Source: Daphnia carinata (lineage: Eukaryota). From it: a stretch of DNA of 64,000 bases. The position numbers and the translations under genes are program-made. The stretch is taken from assembly GCF_022539665.2 (NCBI RefSeq), contig NC_081331.1:13640001-13704000 (forward strand), read 5' to 3'. Shown here one piece after another: positions 13,706 to 24,090 of the stretch. Below the pieces are notes generated by a model. The model did no database searches. It saw only the letters and a list, made by a program, of their open reading frames with translations, and had not been told where the DNA came from. The first letter of the stretch is position 1. The number at the start of each line of letters is the position of its first letter.

Positions 13706-15731
13706 TATATTTCAGATGTCGAAACAGCAGGGAAATAATGTAGCTGATTATACTGTGAAACACTAGAAACTGGGAGGGAAAAAGAAAAAAAAATCACAGA
13801 AGCAAGTTGCAGCTGTGGTTGGTTCTCTCACGAACCCATGGAGAATGGAACGAAAAACCAACAGAACACACAAGTGAACGAGCCAACTCCCGAAAAACAA
13901 GAGCTGTTGTTTTCACTACCGACGCCCTTCGACGCCCTGCAGAACTGAATCAGAAGTTAGAACAAACTTCCTCTCTCTCTCTTTAACTCGAACGAAATAC
14001 ACACAGACACACACACGGAACTCGTCGATGAGCGTCTGCGTCGCCAGGTTTTCGTTGACGGATCAGCTGAGACACAGGCAGCGCCTCTATCGGCTGACTC
14101 ATTCTATTCAGAGTAAAGACGTAGTAACTATTGCATATCACTGACGCAACACTATCGGGTTCGTACTTCAACATTGCATGTCCACGTATTTATTTTTAAA
14201 CAATTGGCATTACACTGTATCTTATTCCAACGAGAAGTAGGTTTAAAATCCACTCATGAAAGTGACACTGGTCATCTTATGGAATGTGCTGGGAGTGTTC
14301 CGCGCGGCCCACACACCATTTTATCGATTGGTCTGAGAGTGTGCTGCTGTGTGCACAGCCGTGCATGATTCGATGTTAAAAAGAAGAAATAACTCCTTGC
14401 TGTTGGCGTCTGCCTGAGTGCTGCTGATTAGCCACGAACATGCTTTCGCCCCGTTGATGGATGCCAACGTTTATAACCAGCTGTTTGCGCCATTTATAGA
14501 ATAGCTCGATGACGTGCAAATCCAATCATCAAAATGTGAAGCTAGAATTTCAGAAATAAATTTTAGCATAAATGAAAAGACGACCAAATGATGATTACGC
14601 GCTAGAAATCCTCTTCACGCTTATAATCTTTTAAAGAGATCTGCAACTCATAAAGAGGAAGCATAGTCGAGATTGCACGCAATCAAGCGACACAGAAAAA
14701 AAGCGAACCAATTAATCAAGGCTGCTGGATGAAAATCGGTGCTTCCAGCTGGCGCAAAAAATTGGCCCGCAACCTTCAATTCCTTCCTTTTTCTTCGTGG
14801 CCTACTTTTTCCCATCATCCGTTGATACAATTTGTTTTTTCCTGCTCCGGTTATTAAATGGTTGTTTTATTTGTTTCCACGGTGCAATCCCCTCGTTTTC
14901 GTTATCGCAAGATGAAAACAGACCGTATAGGTTGTGATGAGAAATCCCAAAAGGGTCACGATAGTAATCTAAAGCTCTCAACAAAGTTTAAGGAAGAATG
15001 AGACAGAACTAAAAAAAATCAACAAAGAAGGAAGGAAGATGATAAGCGCGTCCGGACGGATCGATCGCGAGGAAACGGCCGGAGAAAAAAAAAATATATA
15101 AAAGGCAAAAGAAGGGAACACCCACTCTTATTCACCGTAGACTCTCTACACGGAACCATTCGGAATCAATACCGCATTTTCTGAAGACGGAAAGAAAGGA
15201 ATAGAAATGTGACAATTTTTTTGAAAGCCATTGACAGTTGAGAAGGAGACTAGTTGTATGAGATATGGCTTCACAGATTATGAAAAGGAAGACATCGTCA
15301 ATTGGCCTTTTCTTTGTTGTTTCCTGTGTACGAAATAAGCAGGTTTTTTGTGTGACAACAGGAACAACGTGTTCAGTTCGGTGGGATTTAAAAATTATAT
15401 CATCTCGCAGCTGTTTTTGTTAGAAAGTCGCGCAACGCTGATAAATTCCCACCTTATTCATATTCACGCAGTGTTGGTGCACGTCACGCAACCCTGAACG
15501 CTGTCTTCTCCATTCTCTCGCTCTTGTCAGCTTCGTATCGTATACTAAATCCTATTCGGTTTTTCATTGCCGTTGGAGAATAATGTTGCTCGTGATTTAC
15601 TTGGAGTCGAGCCAAGACTATTCGTTGTATAAAACAAACCACGTCCAACTGCCATTGGAAACGTTCCCTATACTTTCATAAAACAGCAAGGACAACAAAA
15701 CAACTGCACAAGACTCCATGACGCTGTCTCA

Positions 15732-16094
15732 ATGTTTCTTTTGTCTACTATCATTTATTTGGCAACGAGCATTAAAGGATCTGATTGTCACCATTGGCGC
15801 GTGAAATGCCTCTGGACTTTTGGTTGCAAAATAAGCGAGGCAAAAAGCAGAAATGGGATCAGAAGGTGGCCATCAAAAAAAAGGTCCCAGACCACAGACT
15901 CGGCCAAGGTCCCGTTCATTATCTTACGATTCATACTCATGGGAAGAGAAAGGGGAATTGATACGTATACAAGAGGCTTTACCGTAACCAAGTCCCAGAC
16001 GGGACATGGAGCCTCCACTATCCGTTTGGACGATGTGACCACCGATCGTTGCTGGATACCGAGATTCTTGCAGACTGTTCAGCTGGAATATTAA
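15732..16094 (+). CDS. Possible small secreted protein of unknown function (120 aa)
   Basis: ATG-started ORF with a short hydrophobic N-terminus (MFLLSTIIYLATSIKG) and a TATAAAA near 15628. No recognisable domain; it may be non-coding. Confidence 0.25.
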   Translation: MFLLSTIIYLATSIKGSDCHHWRVKCLWTFGCKISEAKSRNGIRRWPSKKRSQTTDSAKVPFIILRFILMGRERGIDTYTRGFTVTKSQTGHGASTIRLDDVTTDRCWIPRFLQTVQLEY

Positions 16095-16326
16095 AACACC
16101 TGTCAAATGCAGAGCCATCTATCGTCGATATTATCGATTTTTTTCTATAATGGGACTGGGACAAAACCCATTTTAAAAATCAGGAAACAATGACTGCGGC
16201 CTCAGAAATCATTTTTTCTTTGTCTCGCTAAATTTCAGTTCTACATTTTCTCAACATTTGCAAAATTTAAAGATCCCGTAACGCTGTTACAGTTGGACGG
16301 CGATTCCTTCATTACTGCCTTATTAT

Positions 16327-16941
16327 TCACGAATTTGTAGAATTTGTCATCTCTTCTTCAACTGTTCTATCATTATACTGAGGAGGCAATCCGGGGCAGT
16401 GGAACGTATAGGCCTCTTTAATCCAATTGATCCAGCCCCATTGGCGAGTGTGATCCGCCCACGAGTTGCAGAGCGAAGTCGTGCAGACTTGATCAAAGGC
16501 CCAGTAACTGTGATTGGTATTGCGCAAAGGGTCTGCCACCGTGAATTTTCGGCCCGTAGGCGTACCGTAGATCATAGCCTGTAAGTTTCCGATGAACAGG
16601 CTTGGTCGTAGTCGGTCTTCTTGGCAGCCTCGTACAAATATTGCGGATGCACCATCTTCCTCGTGATCTTGCTTTTCATGATAGTAGATGCCACAATAAG
16701 CTTCAGTGGACTGACAAACGATTGTTTCTGCCATGGCTTCTGGATGTTTCTGGTCCAGCAAACACCACGGACGATCCCAAACGGACATATCTCCTTCGTT
16801 GCTTTTATCGGCCCAACATTTATAGCACATGAGTGGGCGACCGGATTCTTGACTCACTTTCAAAATGATCGGAAAAAGCAAAAACAATACAAAAAATGGA
16901 ACGGCAGCTGTAGTGATTTTCACACATCTCACGGTCAACAT
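16327..16941 (-). CDS. Intronless Ly6/uPAR (three-finger, quiver/sleepless-like) domain protein
   Basis: Hydrophobic N-terminal signal or anchor, then the Cys pattern LMCYKC...WC...IVC...AYC...FVRGC...VCTTSLCN typical of LU/three-finger folds. Confidence 0.7.
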   Translation of the reverse strand: MLTVRCVKITTAAVPFFVLFLLFPIILKVSQESGRPLMCYKCWADKSNEGDMSVWDRPWCLLDQKHPEAMAETIVCQSTEAYCGIYYHEKQDHEEDGASAIFVRGCQEDRLRPSLFIGNLQAMIYGTPTGRKFTVADPLRNTNHSYWAFDQVCTTSLCNSWADHTRQWGWINWIKEAYTFHCPGLPPQYNDRTVEEEMTNSTNS

Positions 16942-17558
16942 TTTCTGTGATTGCCTACGAGCTGGACCGCCAACCGTTAACTGCGAGTGTTTCGATATAA
17001 TACTTCGTTTCTTCGTAACTAGTACAGCTCAAGATTGCTCTGACTGTTGCCACCGCATTAAAATATTTCTAGCATTTCCGGTAGATCCATCCGACATAGA
17101 AGATGTAACGGTCTATTGGGAAATTTGCTGGGCAAAATAATTCAGGAGATTCAAAATCAGACTGGGAATTGCTTTCCGCCCACGGATACAGATAGATTGT
17201 AGGTGCAATAGGACCAACAATCGGCGAAATCCCTAGAGCTCGGAATGAACGAACGATATTGCTTTGGATGCAAATGAATGTTGGAGTCATCGGCAGAACA
17301 AGAAGATAGAAATTGAAAATTGCTTTTGACGCTATTACCGACTAGAATTGCTGTTTATACCAACGCTGAATCGGGCGTAGCAGACGACGTTAATTGAATT
17401 TTGAAATTTGTGATTGTGAATTCGGAGTGGTTCCTGTTGCCCAATTTTTCCAATAGAAGTAGTAGGTGCTTGTTTATTCATAACAAGATTATTTTCGGGG
17501 CTACTATTCTTCGATATTTTCCATTGAGGACAAATTGCCGACCTGTTAATTTTTTTCA

Positions 17559-18000
17559 ATGACGTCATTGTCTACTGCTCGAGACCGATATAATGCCGCA
17601 AATTCACTGCTGTGCCTTCTACAAGCATTGGAAGGACGGGTAACCGTAATTGAATTGCAGAATGAAATGGCCGTCAAGGGCCTCATCTCTCAGGTTGATG
17701 GGTAAATATTGTTTCTTCTAAAGAAAGGACTATTTCTAGATCTCATTTCTTTTTTTCTTCTTTTTCTTTTACATATGTTTAGATTCATGAATGTATCTGT
17801 ACATGATGCAACAGTACAAGGAAATGATGACAAGCACTACCAATTTGAAGAGTTCTTTGTCAAGGCCAGAAACATCAGATATGTTCAAATCCCAGATGAT
17901 GTGAGACTGTTTCATACAAAACAATCACTTCATAACTTTATAACACTTATTTTCCTTTTTGTAGATTGATATCACAGAGGCCATCAAGAATCAACTTTAA
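17559..18000 (+). CDS. LSM10: U7 snRNP-specific Sm-like protein LSm10
   Basis: Exons 17559-17701, 17783-17900 and 17965-18000 give NSLLCLLQALEGRVTVIELQNEMAVKGLISQVDG|FMNVSV...EEFFVKARNIRYVQIPDD|IDITEAIKNQL*. These are Sm1/Sm2 motifs with the LSm10-type NSL..LLQ.L start. See the finding on the stop codon. Confidence 0.9.
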
Positions 18001-18197
18001 GGCAAACCCAAACCTAATAAGACAAATATGAGTGACACAACAAAAGCAAAACTGGCTAGGAAAAGACAAAAAGAAACACTGAAGTTCATTCAGCAACAGC
18101 AACAAACTGAAGCAAAAGAAAGTGAACCCCAGCCTCCTGGGACATCACAAGACACAAGCTAATGGTTGAATATCTGACACTTAAATACAATGTTGCC

Positions 18198-18688
18198 TCA
18201 ATTACCCTTTGTCTCTGGAATGATTTTAGTATTACAGATGGTTGGTAGTCGATCCTGTAAGCCAACCAATGCAACACTTAGCTGATGCAAGTAGCGTGGC
18301 ATCTCATGAAGTGAAGCTCTTGTTCTTGTTTGGATTTGCAAGGATTCCTGTAGTCTTTGAATGGCCTTTTGTACAGGTTGTTCAGCCATATTTACCATGT
18401 TATTCCTTAGGGATATGTTGCTGTCTCCTAGGATAGTAAAGTGCAAAGATACATAGTTGAACATTTTAATAAAGAAGTATGAATGATTCTAAATGCATTC
18501 TTACGTAGGCGATAGTGCAATAGAGTGTTGTATTTCAGTTTGTGTTTTGGTGTCTTTTTGGGGTTACCCGAACTGGGTACGAAGCTTATGTTAGCAACAG
18601 TAGAATTATTCGGAACATCGGAGTCCTCGTCCGATTCCGAAGCTTCCCCTAACACCATTCCACATACGACTCGATTCGAAGTTTCCAT
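18198..18688 (-). CDS. BLOC1S3: BLOC-1 complex subunit 3-like
   Basis: Two exons. The N-terminal V(L)GEASESDE motif and KYNTLLHYRL|..SNISLR are followed by a coiled-coil-like segment, as recalled for arthropod blos3. Confidence 0.75.
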
Positions 18689-19143
18689 TGTATGGAGTTC
18701 AATTGCAGAAAAATATTCTGATTGCCTTTTTTTACGAGGTGGATAAGAGGAATATTTCTTAACCACTTGTGCCGAATTGCCAATTGCTAAACAGATCGAC
18801 AAATGACAAGACAATCACGAATTACGACGTTTGCTCGAGACACATTCATCTGGAAACTTGACTTTAGAGTTTGGCCAAGGCTCAGCAGACGAAATAGCGA
18901 TTTCGTAACTTTCTTGCCACCAGGGGTCCTTCCGTTCCTTATTGTTGTGCTTCGGCGCCAGTCATCGTCTGCTAGCTCAGTTCAAAGACGACAGAACAGA
19001 TTCTGACAACTTAACCTCCTCATTGTCCCGAACAGAGATTTTAACAATTGTAACTTCGTATCCCCATCGTCTCCTCTATTTACTTAAACAATTGAAGCGG
19101 TCGGAGTACTTTTCTTCATTTGTGAGCTTTACATTTATTAACC

Positions 19144-21573
19144 ATGAATAATGCTGAGAATTTTACACAAGCGCTGCTATTGAAGCTAAACGAACCTGAC
19201 TTTGTCCCCACTCTCGTTTTTGAAAAACGTTTTGTCGAAATATTTTGCACGAAGTTGAGTAAAATCAATGAGGCGAAATCGTGCGGAACAGCAAATCATT
19301 CAATTGCTAACATGAATGAAATGCTTGATTGTGTCTTGGTGATTGCCAAAAAAGATGACAAATTCATTCCCCTTTTTGGAATTATGGACAACATGTATGA
19401 GCAAATCATCAACAGTTTAAGTAAGGCTATCTTGGCAAAAATAGAATGTTGCCTATTTATTTTTAACCATGTGTTTTTATTAATTTTTTTTCCTGATATT
19501 TAGTCATAATTAAAGAGTATTATCAAGCAATATGGAAATTATCTGACCATGTATTTTTTTTATTGATAGGAAGTGAACTAATAGAGAGTGAGTCATTGAT
19601 ACCCCTACATGCCAAGGTAAGACATCCTCTCCATACATCATGAATGTATTCATTACTATATACCTGTAAACCACTGTTTTTGATCTGAAATTTAATGCAA
19701 TAAGCATCTTGGCAGTATTGTTATTTACATCCTACAGTAATTCTTAAAGTTCATTAGCACGCGCGCTTATCAGACTTCGGGGCATGGTGAAAATGTCTTG
19801 GGCATTTTAGGGGAGGAAGATTAAATTCAAAATCTAGAAGTTAATACCCCACTATTGGCTGGCTTGTATCGTGCCGGTACTTGGAAAAAAAAAGGGCATG
19901 TCAAGTAGTCAAGATACGTACAAGGATGTTTGTGCCCTTTTTACTTACTGGTAGCTGTCTATAGAACGGGGCCAAAGTAATATTTTTTTTTTCGAATACA
20001 GGTTTTAAACTTCATCAGCCTCATCATCAAACATATTCCATCTAGGAGGGCTACATTTGTAACGCTTGATCTTCACAAATTATTGTTGCTGAAACCAGCC
20101 GTGAGTATTTGTACCGTTATTATGACTGTAATGCATTGATTTTACTAAAGGTCGCTCCATGAAACAGGTTTTAAATCATGATCTTATAATGCTGAGGGTT
20201 GAAATTTTGGAGGTATTGAGTGATATTCCAGCAGCCTTACAAGACATTTCCTCAATTAATGCTCTCAATTTACTCATCAGTAAGCATCAGGATAATCCCC
20301 TTTCATGAATATTTAATATACATAACGAGCTCATTGCATGTTAGGTTTCTTGGAAGGTTTTATTGAGACCAACGAATCCAGTTTCAACTTAAGTGACCCC
20401 GAACTTCTTAAATCACTATTGAGCCTGATTAGCAAAATCTCTCGTGATGTTTCATTAAATAACAGTTATCACCTGAGAAAGTTCGACGATGGTAAGCCTA
20501 TTCACTATTTCTATAAGTAGAAATGTTGCTTAACGTATTCAAATAGTTTTTCTAGAACTAGCACGAATTTTTCCGGAACTAGAACAGGTTCGTAATTAAT
20601 GAAATAGCTAATGAATTAGTTTCATATTAATTCGTGTTTTCCCACGGAACCTAAGGCCATTCAAGGAGTTTACAAATCAGTCTGTGAAGCTACGCTTTCA
20701 TGCTCTAGAGCCTCTTTGTATGCGACAAAGAAATCTCCGCTCAGCATAGCCCATTCACGAATTTCCAAACAGCGACCCAAAGTTTTTCAATACAGCATGA
20801 GCATTTTGGATTTCAAACCTACACCCGTCGTCAATCTAGCAAAAAGCGGTCGAAAATCAGCAAAGTCTGATGAATATTCCGTTGATCGTTTCATGTTTAT
20901 TGATATGAATAACATTGACCTGGAGGTTGATGCTATTTCATTCGAAAAGTCAGTCGAACAGATCTCTTTGGAAAGAACTGCAGAGGTCATCGTTGTACTT
21001 TCCGAGCGCTTACTCTTGAATCCCTTAAATAATTCTGTTCTTTGTTCATATAGGTAATTTGTGGAATGCTTAATTCTAACAAAGGTAAATTTCATATCAT
21101 TACATAATTTGCAATAATTATTAAAGTATTCTTTTGAAGGCGGTACAATTCACTTTGGAATCAGTAACTCTGGAAGGATAGAAGGTGTTCGCGTAAACCA
21201 TGAACAACGAGATGGACTTCGTTGTGGTAATCAATTGAATGATTCTGTCTTCTTTTTAGCTTTTCGTTTAAAGGTATTAACGTGATTTACAGGATTGGAC
21301 AATGTCTTTTTACACCAGCTGTCGCCTTTACTTCCGTCTTCACTAGTCAGTGTTACTTTCATTCCCGTAAGAGATGAAAATACGAGGACCACAAAGTCAA
21401 ATCATGCTCTTTATGTGATAAGAATCGTCGTCCCAGCTAAGATGAATACGCTTTACCACTTGAAAAATCGGAATTTATGTTTTGTTCGTAGGCATACAGG
21501 GAACGAGCAGCTTAATCTTAAAGAAGTTCGACAATTAACTGTTTCGCTATGCGAAAAACGTTTTATGCCATAA
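19144..21573 (+). CDS. About 505-aa protein: Leu-rich helical (ARM/HEAT-like) N-terminus plus C-terminal Schlafen/AlbA_2-like domain
   Basis: Ten GT-AG exons form one frame of 1518 nt: 19144-19420, 19504-19616, 20002-20100, 20168-20279, 20345-20491, 20547-20587, 20656-20985, 21054-21084, 21140-21226, 21293-21573. The C-terminus reads VICGMLNSNK|GGTIHFGISNSGRIEGVRVNHEQRDGLRC|GLDNV..VSVTFIPV..YVIRIVV..LY..CFVRR. Confidence 0.8.
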
Positions 21574-21922
21574 CCTAGGTTTTTTATTTTTTTTATGTTT
21601 CGTGACATGCTCTGAAGAACAACATTTGAAGTACAAGATTCAATTTTAAACTTTTCACCAGTTTCAAGAGTTGATGAATTTCATTTTTTACATTCAATGT
21701 ACTGGCATTACAAGATACTGGAAGAGCGAATAAGAACAGTTTGTTACCTTCTTTGGTAGCGAACACGTGAAGAGGAAACTTGGAATAAACTAGCCCTTTT
21801 CAAAACAGGGTGCACTTGGCCGCTAGTTGTCAGTATATTATTGCTCCTTTATGTACACAAAATTAAAAGTCGTCGTAATGTTAAAAACAAAATGCCGAAG
21901 AGGAATGCAGGGATTTACATGT

Positions 21923-23122
21923 TCAGACTACCGAATTGTTTCTCCGGTTGACATTGAGTAACTCGTCGACATTCTTAAAGGCCAGTGGTGTCGTGGCCGG
22001 CTCTTCTGTCGAATCCAGCAAATCTTCATCGCCGGATAAAAGGGCGTCAGAGTCCTCCGGTAAACTATCCAGATTGCTGTTGTTGTTGACCACTCTTTGG
22101 TATCGAACAGCTCGCTTCCGACCACGCTTTGGCTTTTTCATTAGGAAATTATCAGTTACCCAAAACATCAGAACCTTAGTGAAAGTAGAACAAAAATAAT
22201 AAGCTATATGAGAAAAAAAAAAGGAGAAGGGAAAATTACGTTAACGAAGAAAGGTATCACGAGCAACACCACCGTAATAGCCACCTTTGGATCTGTTATT
22301 GGGGAGAGAATCAGATCACGAACCTAAAAAAAATGTGTGTTACTGATAATTTCATGTTTTTTTAATGATGGGTGTTATACTTTGTCCCAAAACTCCAATT
22401 GGACTAGGATTGTTATGAGTACTTTTTCTACCACCATTATCCCCATGTAAACTCCAGACTGTGCCGCCCAGGCTTTAGCACTTGCAGGGTTTCCTTGATA
22501 AGAAGCAATGGAGAATTGATCTTATTAGGCCCAATATAAAGAAATGTTTTAATACTAGTTATCATACCATATTCTCCAAAATAGAGGTATTGCCACTTCC
22601 ACTTGTCAGCCAATTTCACTGTGAGTCTAATGCATGCATAAATGACTAGCAGACCTACTGAAGAGTCGAGCAAGAAACTGACAATGTACCTGTCAAGGTT
22701 TCATAACTTGGTAAAAAGAATGATAAGTTAACAAGTTGTGTAAATTAGATTTACCATGTACATGGATCTCCTTGGAATAATGTTGCAAGATATATATTTG
22801 CCATGTGAATAACAAGTGAACCAAGACCTTGCTTTGAGGTATCATAGAACCAAACAAGCCAGGAGCGCCTACGCCGGGCAGGCTCACAAAACCTCTTTAC
22901 TGTCAAATGTATTATAGTTGATAAAACATATATATTATGAGTAAAAAATAAATTTTTATTAACATTAAACTTACAGACAAGGCATGTAAAAGCTAAACAT
23001 GCAAGGACAGCTTGTACTGTCCAACCGAAGTCGTCCGTAAGGGCATCCTTGGAGCAAAGTGGAGAACCCCTTGGCCTGACCGTGACCGCCGAATTGGCAA
23101 TCAACTCTGTTCCAAGATTCAT
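21923..23122 (-). CDS. TMEM110: Store-operated calcium entry regulator STIMATE / TMEM110
   Basis: Motifs CSKDALTDDFGWTVQAVLACLAFTCL, KRFCEP..RRSWLVWFYDTSKQGLG, DPCTWY..FLLDSSVGLL, FGEYG and MFWVTDNFLM lie across short-intron exons. Confidence 0.93.
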
Positions 23123-24090
23123 CTAGTTCAGATCTACTGTCACACCAACCGTGCATTAATACATGCACAATAACAAATCCCCTAGTAAACTGTCACTAGA
23201 TCATTTCCAACTTTCTCCCGTTTTAGCTCAGAACGGCCCACTTTCCAGTGAAGGCCAAAAGATTGTTGATGCTCTGCAGTCCGCACCCACAAATTTAGCG
23301 GGTATATCTCAGCGACCCTGGCGGTAGACTCACTACTGAATGTCATTCATTGTTTTACTTCATAACAATTTCATCGATTAGTGGCGTGGAAATAACCAGA
23401 TCCAGGTTACAGTGAATTCATAATTTAAATCATGCTAAGTCTTAAGAAAAAAATATCGAAAAGTATGAACGTGTGATGACAGCAATGTATACCAGCTGAC
23501 TAGAAGCATGGGTTTAGCAGCTATGTAATAATACAAGTGTCCAAGAAAACGAAATGTTCGTAAAAAAACAACGGATTTCCAGCATTAAGGTACATGTCAA
23601 CCGGTAAGCTTGTATGACGATTTCAAACGAATCTATCTCAGGTGTCAATCATGTAGCCACCGGCCACCCATTTACAAGTGTATAAGGATCTGCTATCAGA
23701 TTCTGGCGCCCTTGTGGCTATCAGGTCAATGGCGCTTAAGCCTTGCCTTTTACGTTTAGCGTGACGATTCCTAGAGATAACGTCTTCTGTTTCCCTTGAT
23801 GACAGTTTTTACTGTTTTAAACACATGCGAGGCGTTGGAATCGAAGAAACCTCTTTCTTCGAAATAATATTTTATTTAAGCTTAAAACGAATATGTTTTT
23901 GACGATGGTAGATGATGTCATTAAAACCTGTGGGAATCTTTTTCAAGAAGAAGAGAATTTCCTTTGGATGCTTATAATGAGTATATTTCACATTTAAAGC
24001 AAGAGAAGGGTTATAGAAGTTACATAACGAACCACTGGTTAAAAGGATTTAGATCTGCGTGTAGATTAAACATACATGGAAAGGAAATTT

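Noticed and set aside
17069..17290. 73-aa ATG ORF upstream of the Ly6-like gene
   Set aside because: No recognisable motif or splice link; it may be a chance ORF or uORF in the divergent promoter region.
19889..19942. Inverted repeat aaaaagggca...tgcccttttt in the unusually long intron 2 of the Schlafen-like gene
   Set aside because: The stem is only about 10 bp and half homopolymer. No C/D or H/ACA boxes and no target-site duplication were seen.
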